A DNA stretch of 64,000 nt from Haloplasma contractile (GTDB lineage Bacteria > Bacillota_I > Bacilli_A > Haloplasmatales > Haloplasmataceae). Positions 1 through 9,158 of this stretch are shown one piece after another. The notes under the pieces were generated by a model. That model made no database searches. It was not told the DNA's origin and was given only the letters and a program-made list of their open reading frames with translations. Every line of letters begins with the position of its first letter. The stretch's first letter is position 1. The stretch covers positions 100,275 to 164,274 of the forward strand of contig JAENYC010000002.1 of NCBI GenBank assembly GCA_016841945.1, in the 5' to 3' direction. Position numbers and translations under genes: made by a program.

Positions 1-954
1 GCTTACAAGGATCATCCAGCATTTAAAGGACACTTAATATTTGATGAACCAGGCGCAGCACTATATGACTGGTTAGGATTATATCATCAGTATTATAAAG
101 AATATTTACCTGATAAAGATTTTTATGTGAATTTATTACCTACCTATTCGTCAATTGATCAACGTGATGATAGAACGTATGGAGAATATATTGATGAATA
201 TATCAATAAAGTGAATCCAGAATTCTTATCATATGATCATTATCCTTTAATGTTGTTTTATGAAGAACCTGTATTGACTGATGATTATTTATTCAATTTA
301 GAACTGATTGCAGAAAAAACTAAAGAAGCCGATATTCCATTTTGGTTGTTTATACAAACGATTGGATACACAACGATCTCAGGAACACAAACACGTAGAC
401 CAGAAGAAGATGATATAAGATGGCAAGTCGCTGTTAGCATGGCTTATGGTGTACAAGGGATTCAACATTTTTGTTACTGGACACCGGGTGGAAATGGGAA
501 TGAAAGTTTTACAACAGCTATGATAGACAGAGAAGGAAATAAGACTGATTTATATGAAGCAGCTTCTAAAGTCAATCATGAAGTCCTTAATTATGACCAT
601 GTTTATTTAGATTTCACTTGGGAAGGGACGATGACTGTTCCAAAAGGTGAAGAAAATGTTAATTTCAGAATGTTAGCTAATAATTTATCAGAACATGAAA
701 GAGTTAAAGATGTTGATGTAGAAGAAGATGCAATCATCGGAACATTTAAAGATTCAAAAGGTAATGATGGATTTATGGTGGTTAATTATACAGACCCTGC
801 TTTAGATAAATCGAATAAAGTGACGATTACATTTAAAGATGCTAAAAAAGCAATTGTTTATGAAAAAGGATTTAAAAAAGTGATTGACCTTAAACGTGGT
901 AAATTAACATTAAACCTTGAAAGTGGAGAAGGTCGATTTGTAATACCGTTTTAA
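1..954 (+). CDS. GH-like TIM-barrel protein, paralog A of a 3-member family (5' end lies outside window)
   Basis: Frame 1 is open from nt 1 (AYKDHPAFKGHLIFDEPGAALYDW...) and runs into ORF 127..954. It aligns with the 6546..7937 and 7924..9147 proteins on shared motifs: (I/V)xDEPG, NLLPxYA, YISYD(H/F/Y)YP, IP(F/Y)W(L/V)FIQ, WQV(A/S)..AYG..G(I/V)Q(H/Y)F. Exact GH family not assignable by eye. Confidence 0.6.
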   Translation, partial: AYKDHPAFKGHLIFDEPGAALYDWLGLYHQYYKEYLPDKDFYVNLLPTYSSIDQRDDRTYGEYIDEYINKVNPEFLSYDHYPLMLFYEEPVLTDDYLFNLELIAEKTKEADIPFWLFIQTIGYTTISGTQTRRPEEDDIRWQVAVSMAYGVQGIQHFCYWTPGGNGNESFTTAMIDREGNKTDLYEAASKVNHEVLNYDHVYLDFTWEGTMTVPKGEENVNFRMLANNLSEHERVKDVDVEEDAIIGTFKDSKGNDGFMVVNYTDPALDKSNKVTITFKDAKKAIVYEKGFKKVIDLKRGKLTLNLESGEGRFVIPF

Positions 955-976
955 ATAAAAAAGAGGAGGAAGAAAA

Positions 977-2314
977 ATGAAGAAATATGTAAAGCTGTTT
1001 TCAAGTGCATCCTTTGTATTCATGATACTATTGACGGCAAGTTGTTCACCTGAATCTAGTGATAAAACGAGGTTAAGAATAGCGTTTGCAGAAACAGGAT
1101 ATGGTCGTGAATGGCTAGAAGAAATTGCAGTAGCTTATGAAAAAGAAAATCCAGATGTTGAAATCGTTTTGGATGGTAATCCAAATATGACTGCAAATGC
1201 TGGACCTAAAATTGAAAATGGTAGAGATTTAGCTGATATTTATTTTTTATTAGAAACAAACTGGCAACTCTGGGCAACAAAAGGTTATCTAGAGGATTTA
1301 TCAGACCTTTATCAAATGGAAGTCGATAATGGTAAGACAGTAGAAGAAAAATTAATTGATGAAGTTGTTGATTTTGGAAAAATTAATGATAAATATTATG
1401 CATTACCATGGAATGATGGCGTGACAGGAATTGTTTATAATGCTGGTATGTTTGAAGAAAAAGGATGGGAAGTTCCTGAAACCTTTGATGAATTAATTGA
1501 TTTAGCTGAACAAATCAAAGATGAAGGTAGAGGAATTAAACCTTTTACATGGCCAGGACAATATTCAGCATATTGGAATTTTGTCGTTTACGGTTGGTGG
1601 GCACAAATTGAAGGCATTGAAGGAATGCGAGAGTTCTTTGCGTTTGAAACACCTGAGGTATATAAACAGCAAGGAAAACTAAAAGCATTAGAAGCATTTG
1701 AAACTTTAATTGGTGACCAATCAAATAGTGTAAACGGTGTAAATGGGCTTATACATACCCAAGCACAAATGCAATTTGCAAATGGTCTTGCCGCAATGAT
1801 TCCAAATGGAATTTGGATTGAAACAGAAACTGAAGCCGCATTAAGAGATGACTTCAGAATGAAAATGATGCCATTACCAACGCTTGATGGAGCCGTAGAA
1901 CCAAATATAAATAATACCATGTTAGGTGACTTTATCGTTGTGCCTAAAGGCGCTGCACATAAAGATATCGCAAAGGATTTCTTGAAATTTATGTCAACAG
2001 ATGAAATGTTGTTATTATATACAGAGAAAACAGGATCTCCACGTCCTTTTGAATATGATCCAACACAAATCGAGGGACTCAGTGAGTTTGTACAAAGCTG
2101 TCTAGATATATGGAAGAATAGTACTAATTTCTATATTATTTCAAAAAATCCAATGTATTTTGCAAATGATTTAAATACTTTCCCAAAAAGTGGTGCACCA
2201 TATGGAGATATATATCTAGGTGATACAACAGCTCAACAAGTTTGGCAAGGAGATTATGATTATGTTGTTGAAAGATGGGATGAGTTTAAAGAGAAGAATG
2301 GTATAGAAGATTAA
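977..2314 (+). CDS. ABC transporter extracellular solute-binding lipoprotein (sugar, SBP family 1)
   Basis: Strong RBS (AGAGGAGGAAG) before the ATG. N-terminal signal peptide with lipobox LLTASCS. Length and composition typical of a sugar SBP. First gene of an SBP-permease-permease unit. Confidence 0.8.
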   Translation: MKKYVKLFSSASFVFMILLTASCSPESSDKTRLRIAFAETGYGREWLEEIAVAYEKENPDVEIVLDGNPNMTANAGPKIENGRDLADIYFLLETNWQLWATKGYLEDLSDLYQMEVDNGKTVEEKLIDEVVDFGKINDKYYALPWNDGVTGIVYNAGMFEEKGWEVPETFDELIDLAEQIKDEGRGIKPFTWPGQYSAYWNFVVYGWWAQIEGIEGMREFFAFETPEVYKQQGKLKALEAFETLIGDQSNSVNGVNGLIHTQAQMQFANGLAAMIPNGIWIETETEAALRDDFRMKMMPLPTLDGAVEPNINNTMLGDFIVVPKGAAHKDIAKDFLKFMSTDEMLLLYTEKTGSPRPFEYDPTQIEGLSEFVQSCLDIWKNSTNFYIISKNPMYFANDLNTFPKSGAPYGDIYLGDTTAQQVWQGDYDYVVERWDEFKEKNGIED

Positions 2315-2328
2315 AGAAGAGGGATAAC

Positions 2329-3321
2329 ATGAATTATTTAAAGCGTAAGGTTAAAAACATAAAAAATGGATGCATAGATGTCTTTAATGTTATTTTTAGA
2401 CCCAGCCTTGTAGAAAGTCACTATAAAAAAAGAGTAATCAAAAAGAAGGTTTTTATCTTTTTGATGTTATTACTGCCAATTACACAGTTTTTAATATTCT
2501 TTGTTTATGTGAACGTAGATACCTTAATTTTATCTTTTAAAAGATATGATTATATTAATGGAGATTACTTATTTGTAGGGTTTGAAAATTACAGAACAAC
2601 AATTCGTGACTTACTCAGTTTAGAACAATTTAAAACAGCACTCATCAATTCATTGTTATTTTTCCCTGTAACAAACTTTATCACTTTACCATTATCTATT
2701 ATTTCTGCATACTTTTTGTTTAGAAAAGTTCCCTTTGGTAAAGTATTTAAAGTCATCTTTTTCTTACCATCAATCATTTCAATCGTTGTCTTAACGATGT
2801 CATTTCAGTTTATGTTTGATCCTATATTTGGACCAGTCAATTCAATATTAAATGAAATTGGTATTAATCCAGAAGGTGGATGGTTTGGAAATAAAAAGAC
2901 TGTCATGCCAATGATTTTCCTTTATTGTATATGGGCTGGTATCGGATTTAATATGGTCTTGTTAAATGGTGCCATCTCTCGTTTACCGAAAGAAGTTATA
3001 GAATCAGCTCGAATTGATGGAATTGGTATGTATAAAGAATTAACGAAAATCATTATTCCGATGATTTGGCCAACGATTACAACTTTGTTTGTAATTGGTA
3101 CAACAGCAGTCTTTACTATATTTTTACAAAATATGTTGCTTGCAAATGGTGGACCATCTGGTTCTAGTAAAACAATTGCCTATATTGTGACCGAGTTAGT
3201 GCGGTCAGGTAATTTAACAGATGCAGCAACAATAGGAATGTTATTTACATTCATTGGAGTTCCAATGATTATGTTTATAAAAAGATTTATCGAAAGAATA
3301 GGAGAAAATGTTGAATATTGA
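2329..3321 (+). CDS. ABC sugar permease (MalF/UgpA-type inner-membrane component)
   Basis: Multiple TM helices. EAA-loop motif ESARIDGIGMYKELTKIIIPMIWP. Sits between the SBP and the second permease. Confidence 0.8.
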   Translation: MNYLKRKVKNIKNGCIDVFNVIFRPSLVESHYKKRVIKKKVFIFLMLLLPITQFLIFFVYVNVDTLILSFKRYDYINGDYLFVGFENYRTTIRDLLSLEQFKTALINSLLFFPVTNFITLPLSIISAYFLFRKVPFGKVFKVIFFLPSIISIVVLTMSFQFMFDPIFGPVNSILNEIGINPEGGWFGNKKTVMPMIFLYCIWAGIGFNMVLLNGAISRLPKEVIESARIDGIGMYKELTKIIIPMIWPTITTLFVIGTTAVFTIFLQNMLLANGGPSGSSKTIAYIVTELVRSGNLTDAATIGMLFTFIGVPMIMFIKRFIERIGENVEY

Positions 3322-3346
3322 AAAATTAGAAGGGAGAACATTTTTT

Positions 3347-5611
3347 ATGAAACTAAGAAAACATTTTGTAGTTTTAGCTGTATTAGCACTCTTTTCTCTT
3401 GTTGTAATTTTACAAGAAGAAGAAACAAAAGCTGGCGTTTATTTTGAGCCATATCTATCTGATAATTTTGATGGCCCTGGTCTAAACGCTGAAAAATGGC
3501 AAGAAGTTAATGATACCAGTGATAACATTAACTTCTTTGAGAAAGCAGGTACATTACGTTATGATAACATAGCAGGTGCCGAAGAAACAATTATTACCTC
3601 CAACCCTTTAACAATCGGTAATGATGTGACAGGATATTCTGTTCAGTTTGATTTTCTGTATAAAACAGATGACTGGGGAGATTGGTATGGGTTTGCCTTT
3701 GACAAAACAGCAGTAGAGAAAGGATTGCCTTGGAGTCAAAGTGGTTATTTATTTGGACGTAATACGAGTTTACAAGTTCAAAATGCAAATGATGTAACTT
3801 CAGTAGACCCTAATAGTGATAATATCGCCGCTTATGCTGAAATGACACCTACACTTGGTTCAATCTCTAATCAAAATGTGACGTTTAAATTTGTCTACAC
3901 AAAAGCAACAAAAGAGTTAGAAATGTATTACGATTTAGCAGGTGAAAATGCAGATTTAACTACTTTGAGAAATACGTTCACATTTAATGATTTAACGGAC
4001 CAAGGAGAATATCACTTTGCAATTGTTGGTAGTGGAAAAGGTTTATTTGAAGTAGATAATATGAAAATAGACATTATAAAAGATCAAGACACAGAAAATT
4101 ATTTAGATACTGATTTTGAAACGGCTACATTACCAGAACAATTAACATTAGTTTCACCAGATTCATTCAGTTTTGGACCAGCTAAGTCTTTAACATTAAC
4201 TAATTTAGAAGCTGGTGCAAAATTATTAACAGCAAATTCATTTACTGTAGATGAAAATGTGAATCAATCATTAGACTTAAGTTATGATATTCAACTTACT
4301 GATTTAACCGATAGTGGTTCTGTTGGTTTTGTATATGGTTTAAGTGATACGACTAAAGTATTAACAGATGAAGGCGTAACCTACATATACTTAAAAAACA
4401 AAACTGTAGGCGAAGGAGAAGCAGCCGTTACATCGACATATGTTGGTGCTGTACAAGGTGATGGCACACAAGTTGTACAAGTATTAAATGAAACTGACTT
4501 AGGTGTTAATTTAGTAGGCGATGAGCCATTCAAAATGGATATAAAATTCTATGCTTATAATGAAGCTGTTGTGACAATTGCTGAACAAGATTATAGCTTT
4601 ATCGGTGGAGATGCCTCTGGATACTTTGGATTTACAGCAGAAGGAACATCATCAGCAATGATTGATAACTTCAAGTCAATGGTATATAAATATGATGATC
4701 AATCAAATAATAAAGATTTATATAATAACTTTAATACTGGTTATGTAAATCCAGAAGATTGGGAAATTGACAATTATAGAGATTTAAAACCAGGTACTGA
4801 AATTCCAATGTTTCCTAGTGCACAAGGTATCTATGTTGATGAAGGTAAATTAATATTTGATGTTGCAAGTGAATCAGCAGGATTCTTTACAAAACAATCA
4901 TTCTCTGATTTTGAAATGAGATTTACTTTAACTGATTTTGATCAACCTGTAACACAACCAAATGAAGATGGTGAATTAGATGGTATTGAAGTACCAGCTA
5001 CAACATATGTTGCAGTGAGTATGGGATATACTGATATCGCTCAAAATCCATGGAATGTTGCATCCGTTATATTCCAAAATAGAGACAATGCAGCACAATT
5101 ATATTCACTAAATATGAATGACTCTAGTGTTAAAATACTTAATCCAGCATTACAACTTAATTCAGATGAAAATGATGGTGCTACGTGGGAATTCAAAATT
5201 ATTGCTCAAGGTGGAACTGTAAAAGTTTGGATGAAACGTGCAACAGACCCTCAAGCACTATTTGAAGGTGCTCCATTACACACATTCTATAATGTAGATC
5301 ATTTTGGTAGAATCGCAATTGCATCATCAATCGCAGGATCATTTAAAATTGATGACCTAAGTATTGTAAGAACAGATGATAGCTTACAAAGACCAGTGAT
5401 TGAAGATGAAGTAGACCCAGCTTCAACGACGACAACAACTGAACAAACGACAACAACAACAGAAGAAACAACAACGACAACAGAAGCAACACAAGTAGAT
5501 GATGATAGTGAAGAAAATGGCATTTCAGCACTAACAATAGTAGGTATTATTATCGCATCATTAGCTGTTGGTGGTGGCGTAGGATTTACATTAACTAAAT
5601 TTAAAAAGTAA
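3347..5611 (+). CDS. large surface-anchored protein (signal peptide, Thr-rich stalk, C-terminal TM anchor); putative glycan-binding/processing protein
   Basis: ATG 3347 is preferred over the track start 3308 because an RBS (GAAGGGAG) lies 8 nt upstream. N-terminal signal MKLRKHFVVLAVLALFSLVV. Linker TTTTEQTTTTTEETTTTTEAT. C-terminal hydrophobic helix ALTIVGIIIASLAVGGGVGF followed by a basic tail TKFKK. Confidence 0.6.
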   Translation: MKLRKHFVVLAVLALFSLVVILQEEETKAGVYFEPYLSDNFDGPGLNAEKWQEVNDTSDNINFFEKAGTLRYDNIAGAEETIITSNPLTIGNDVTGYSVQFDFLYKTDDWGDWYGFAFDKTAVEKGLPWSQSGYLFGRNTSLQVQNANDVTSVDPNSDNIAAYAEMTPTLGSISNQNVTFKFVYTKATKELEMYYDLAGENADLTTLRNTFTFNDLTDQGEYHFAIVGSGKGLFEVDNMKIDIIKDQDTENYLDTDFETATLPEQLTLVSPDSFSFGPAKSLTLTNLEAGAKLLTANSFTVDENVNQSLDLSYDIQLTDLTDSGSVGFVYGLSDTTKVLTDEGVTYIYLKNKTVGEGEAAVTSTYVGAVQGDGTQVVQVLNETDLGVNLVGDEPFKMDIKFYAYNEAVVTIAEQDYSFIGGDASGYFGFTAEGTSSAMIDNFKSMVYKYDDQSNNKDLYNNFNTGYVNPEDWEIDNYRDLKPGTEIPMFPSAQGIYVDEGKLIFDVASESAGFFTKQSFSDFEMRFTLTDFDQPVTQPNEDGELDGIEVPATTYVAVSMGYTDIAQNPWNVASVIFQNRDNAAQLYSLNMNDSSVKILNPALQLNSDENDGATWEFKIIAQGGTVKVWMKRATDPQALFEGAPLHTFYNVDHFGRIAIASSIAGSFKIDDLSIVRTDDSLQRPVIEDEVDPASTTTTTEQTTTTTEETTTTTEATQVDDDSEENGISALTIVGIIIASLAVGGGVGFTLTKFKK

Positions 5612-5629
5612 TATTAAACAAAATTAATT

Positions 5630-5661
5630 TAGCAACTACACTACTTGTAGTGTAGTTGCTA
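5630..5661 (+). promoter_or_regulatory. perfect 14-bp-stem hairpin (TAGCAACTACACTA-cttg-TAGTGTAGTTGCTA) inside the ABC operon
   Basis: Read directly. No U-tract on the + strand (A-run follows), so it is not a classic terminator. Possible mRNA processing or stability element between the surface-protein gene and the second permease. Confidence 0.4.
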
Positions 5662-5681
5662 AAAAAATAATGAGGTGATTT

Positions 5682-6521
5682 ATGAAATCGACATTATATG
5701 AAAAAATTATATTATACATCGTATGTTTTATTTTTAGTCTTTATGCTATCTCATTGATTTTTCCATTTGTATGGTCTTTAATCAATTCTTTTAAAACCAG
5801 TGTGGAATTTTTTGAAATAGATAGCGTTTGGAAATTACCTAAATCAATCACCTTTGAGAATTATAAACGTGTACTGATTGAACATGATATCATCATGATG
5901 TTTGTTAGAAGTATTTATTTAACTCTTGTCGGAACATTTTTAAATGTGATGATGTCTGCAATGGCAGCTTATGTTGTATGTAAATATAAGTTTAGATTTA
6001 GAAATTTAATATATACAACAGCGATTACTGTTATGATTATACCGACTGTCGGTTCATTATCAGCTACATTTAAGTTGGTTAATAATATTGGATTATATAA
6101 TAATCTCTTATTATATCCTGTTATGTATGCTGGTGGATTTGGATTTGGATTTTTATTACTATATGCTTATTTTAAAAGTATTTCTTGGACCTATGCAGAA
6201 GCAGCTTTTGTTGATGGGGCAAGTGATTTTCAGGTATTTTATCGTGTCATGTTACCACAAGCGAAACCCGCTTTATATGCATTAGGAATAATTCAAGGAA
6301 TTAATATATGGAATGATTTCTTTGGTCCATTTATGTTTATTCCTGATAAAAAAACACTTGCTGTCGGGTTACAGGACTTAGTCAACATAATGAAATATAG
6401 AGCAGAATGGCCAACCCTATTTGCGGCAATGATTATTACAGTAATTCCCGTATTAATCGTCTTTATATTATTCCAGAAAGTCATTATGGAAAATACAGTT
6501 GCAGGTGGATTGAAAGGTTAA
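5682..6521 (+). CDS. ABC sugar permease (MalG/UgpE-type)
   Basis: RBS TGAGGTGA. TM-rich. EAA motif AEAAFVDGASDFQVFYRVMLPQAKPAL. Confidence 0.8.
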   Translation: MKSTLYEKIILYIVCFIFSLYAISLIFPFVWSLINSFKTSVEFFEIDSVWKLPKSITFENYKRVLIEHDIIMMFVRSIYLTLVGTFLNVMMSAMAAYVVCKYKFRFRNLIYTTAITVMIIPTVGSLSATFKLVNNIGLYNNLLLYPVMYAGGFGFGFLLLYAYFKSISWTYAEAAFVDGASDFQVFYRVMLPQAKPALYALGIIQGINIWNDFFGPFMFIPDKKTLAVGLQDLVNIMKYRAEWPTLFAAMIITVIPVLIVFILFQKVIMENTVAGGLKG

Positions 6522-6545
6522 TAAAAATAAATGGGAGGTTTTATC

Positions 6546-7937
6546 TTGAAACAATTTTTATTATTTATATCCATTATTAGTTTTTTATTTGTAATAAACG
6601 GATGTAAAGAAGAAGATGAAAATGTTACAACAATAGAATCAACAACAACGACAGAAGAAACTTCACAAGTTGAAGTTTATAAATATACATATGAACAATT
6701 AGGACCAAATACAATGCCAATTGGAGCATGGTCTGACCCACCTCCAGCTAACTTCGCTGGTGTATATGATAATCCTGATTTAGTGAATAATGAACAATAT
6801 CGTTTAATTCATGAAGCGGGGTTGAATGTCATTTATGGTTTATATAATAACGCAGAACTAAACTTAGATGGTGTTTTAAAGTCATTGGATTATGCTGCAC
6901 AAAATGATGTAGTTTATCTCGTTCGTGACCATCAAGTGACGGGTTCATATTCTGATGAAGACTTACAATATCTACAAGATGCGATAGATAGGTATAAAGA
7001 AAAATCAGCTTTTGGTGGTGTAATGGTAATAGATGAACCTGGTGTAATATCATATAATAACTTAGGTAATTTACATAAAAACTTTAAAGATTTATTACCA
7101 AATAAAACTTTTTATATCAATTTACTACCCACTTATGCCAGTAAAAATCAATTGGTAAATGGTGCAGGTGGTGGTAACATGAATGATGATAGTATGACCT
7201 ATGGTCGCTATATTGATGAATATATTACACTGGTTAAGCCCAAATTCATCTCATATGATTTTTATCCATTTACAGGATTACAATTTGGTCAAATGCGTGG
7301 TGGATATTTTGAACAAATGTCTTTAATAAAGGAAAAAGCAGATGAAGCAAAAATTCCTTATTGGGTATTTATTCAAGCCAGTTCATGGTCACCAAGTTCT
7401 TTAAGAGTTCCTAATGATATAGAAATACAATGGCAAGTGTCAACCGCATTAGCCTATGGAGCAAAAGGCATTCAGTATTTCATGTATTATACATCTATGG
7501 AACAACATAGTGAATCATTTGTAGGTGGCATGGTTGATGTGAATGGAAATAAAAACCCAATGTATGACTATGTTCAAAAAGCCAATAGACAAATCGCTGC
7601 TGTTGACCATATCTTGATGAATGCAAAACATATGGGGGTTATTGTCAATGGTGAATCACCTGATGCAATCCCTCAAACAGATCAAATCACACAGTATGAA
7701 AATTTAACCTCTGTAAGTGGAGATGATGCACTAATTGGATGCTTTAATTATCAAGGAAAAGCAGCCTATTATGTGGTTAATAATTCTTTAACTAATACAC
7801 TAGGTGAAATTACACTAAATTTCTCAAGTTCAGTAACAGTCAATACATATCAAAATGGTAGTGAAAGTGAAACATCAGGAGAAAATATAAGTTTATCCAT
7901 ACCTGCGGGTGAAGGTGTTTTAATTGAAATTAAATAG
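6546..7937 (+). CDS. secreted lipoprotein, GH-like TIM-barrel paralog B
   Basis: The track ATG 6531 has no SD. The GGGAGG at 6534-6539 sits 7 nt before an in-frame TTG at 6546, giving MKQFLLFISIISFLFVINGC, a classic lipoprotein signal with lipobox INGC. Thr-rich linker TTTTEET. Body is paralogous to 1..954 and 7924..9147. Confidence 0.6.
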   Translation: MKQFLLFISIISFLFVINGCKEEDENVTTIESTTTTEETSQVEVYKYTYEQLGPNTMPIGAWSDPPPANFAGVYDNPDLVNNEQYRLIHEAGLNVIYGLYNNAELNLDGVLKSLDYAAQNDVVYLVRDHQVTGSYSDEDLQYLQDAIDRYKEKSAFGGVMVIDEPGVISYNNLGNLHKNFKDLLPNKTFYINLLPTYASKNQLVNGAGGGNMNDDSMTYGRYIDEYITLVKPKFISYDFYPFTGLQFGQMRGGYFEQMSLIKEKADEAKIPYWVFIQASSWSPSSLRVPNDIEIQWQVSTALAYGAKGIQYFMYYTSMEQHSESFVGGMVDVNGNKNPMYDYVQKANRQIAAVDHILMNAKHMGVIVNGESPDAIPQTDQITQYENLTSVSGDDALIGCFNYQGKAAYYVVNNSLTNTLGEITLNFSSSVTVNTYQNGSESETSGENISLSIPAGEGVLIEIK

Positions 7938-9147
7938 AAAAAACATTTTTCCTCACTTAGATGAAGATACCATGCCAATAGGGGCCTGGGTATCACCTCC
8001 AGTAAGCTATATTAATCAAGCATCATATCAAGATATTAAGTTATCTGGAATTAATACAATTTATGGATTATATGAAAATGCAGAAGACCATCTATCAAAG
8101 GTAATAGAAGCATTGGATTATGCAGAAGAAAATGAGATTGGATACTTAGTTCGTGATAAGAGATTGCAATCTGTCAAGACAATTGATGAAGTATTGTCTT
8201 ATACCAAGGCATATCGAGAGAAAAAGGCTTGTGCAGGTGTATTAATATCGGATGAACCAGGTGTTATAGAATATGCACAATTAAAAAAAGCAAAAGATTT
8301 ATTTAACAAAGTGATGCCGAATCAAGTTTTTTATGTGAATTTACTTCCACTGTATGCTGAGGCATGGCAGTTAGTCAACGGTGTAGCAGGTGGAGAAGAA
8401 ATAATAGAGGATATCAATATTGAACGCTATTATGATAACTATATACAGACGTTAAATCCTGATTACATATCCTATGATTATTATCCACTAATTGGGGAAT
8501 TTCCAAAGGTTGAAGATACCTATTTTAAACAATTATCAATTATAAAAAATAAAGCAATAAAAAATAATATACCTTATTGGGTTTTCATACAAACATGTTC
8601 TTTTAATGCTCATGTCAGGGTACCTATTAAGGAAGAAATCTTTTGGCAAGTATCAACTGCTTTGGCATATGGTGCTAAAGGAGTTCAGTATTTCACTTAC
8701 TTTATTCCTTATGATGGAAGAAAAGAACAGTTTAAAGGTTCAATGATTGACCACAATGGTAATAAAACATCTATATATGATGATGTCAAAGCGGTCAATC
8801 AACATATTAAATCAGTCGACCATCTTTTAATGCATGCTAAACATCAAGGACTATTATCTGTGGGTACGACACCAGCAGAAATACCGGATGAAGACTTAAT
8901 CGAAAAGATAGATGCAGTAAAAAGGATTAATGGAAACCATGTATTAATTGGCTTATTTGAATATCAAGGGAAAGAAATAATGTATCTTGTCAATAATTCC
9001 ATTGATGAAGATGATGATATCAATTTGGATTTGAATAGGGTTTATGATATTGTAATAATCCAACAAAATAAAGAAATGAAAATAAAAACAAAGCTATTAT
9101 CACTTCATTTATTTCCTGGTGAAGGGGTATTGATTCAAATTATATAA
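7924..9147 (+). CDS. cytoplasmic GH-like TIM-barrel paralog C (no signal peptide)
   Basis: Aligns with paralog B from MPIGAW onward. Start is uncertain: TTG 7924 as in the track, or ATG about 7972 (MPIGAWVSPP). No signal peptide or lipobox. Confidence 0.55.
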   Translation: MKLNRKNIFPHLDEDTMPIGAWVSPPVSYINQASYQDIKLSGINTIYGLYENAEDHLSKVIEALDYAEENEIGYLVRDKRLQSVKTIDEVLSYTKAYREKKACAGVLISDEPGVIEYAQLKKAKDLFNKVMPNQVFYVNLLPLYAEAWQLVNGVAGGEEIIEDINIERYYDNYIQTLNPDYISYDYYPLIGEFPKVEDTYFKQLSIIKNKAIKNNIPYWVFIQTCSFNAHVRVPIKEEIFWQVSTALAYGAKGVQYFTYFIPYDGRKEQFKGSMIDHNGNKTSIYDDVKAVNQHIKSVDHLLMHAKHQGLLSVGTTPAEIPDEDLIEKIDAVKRINGNHVLIGLFEYQGKEIMYLVNNSIDEDDDINLDLNRVYDIVIIQQNKEMKIKTKLLSLHLFPGEGVLIQII

Positions 9148-9158
9148 AGGAGGATTCT

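Noticed and set aside
1588-1920. Antisense or embedded short ORFs in the track (e.g. 1588..1920-, 2589..2777-, 3594..3788-, 5299..5537-, 6088..6285+, 6829..7053-, 12932..14096-, 17128..17634-, 31174..31665-, 36001..36261-, 43143..43391-, 43745..43999-, 47718..48020-, 50365..50550-, 55327..55554+, 56437..56634+, 57935..58129+, 61945..62160+)
   Set aside because: All lie inside and opposite, or out of frame with, well-supported longer genes. They lack RBSs and have low-complexity translations typical of spurious ORFs in AT-rich DNA.
5380-5530. Repetitive ACGACAACAACA stretch (and similar at 6640-6670, 10300-10340) as a DNA-level tandem repeat or contingency locus
   Set aside because: These encode Thr-rich linkers (TTTTEET) inside surface proteins. 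The repeats are imperfect at the DNA level, with no sign of slipped-strand phase variation such as frame disruption.
6531-6545. ATG 6531 as start of the lipoprotein paralog
   Set aside because: There is no SD upstream, whereas the GGGAGG immediately after it is ideally placed for the in-frame TTG at 6546, which yields a canonical MKQ + hydrophobic + INGC lipoprotein signal.
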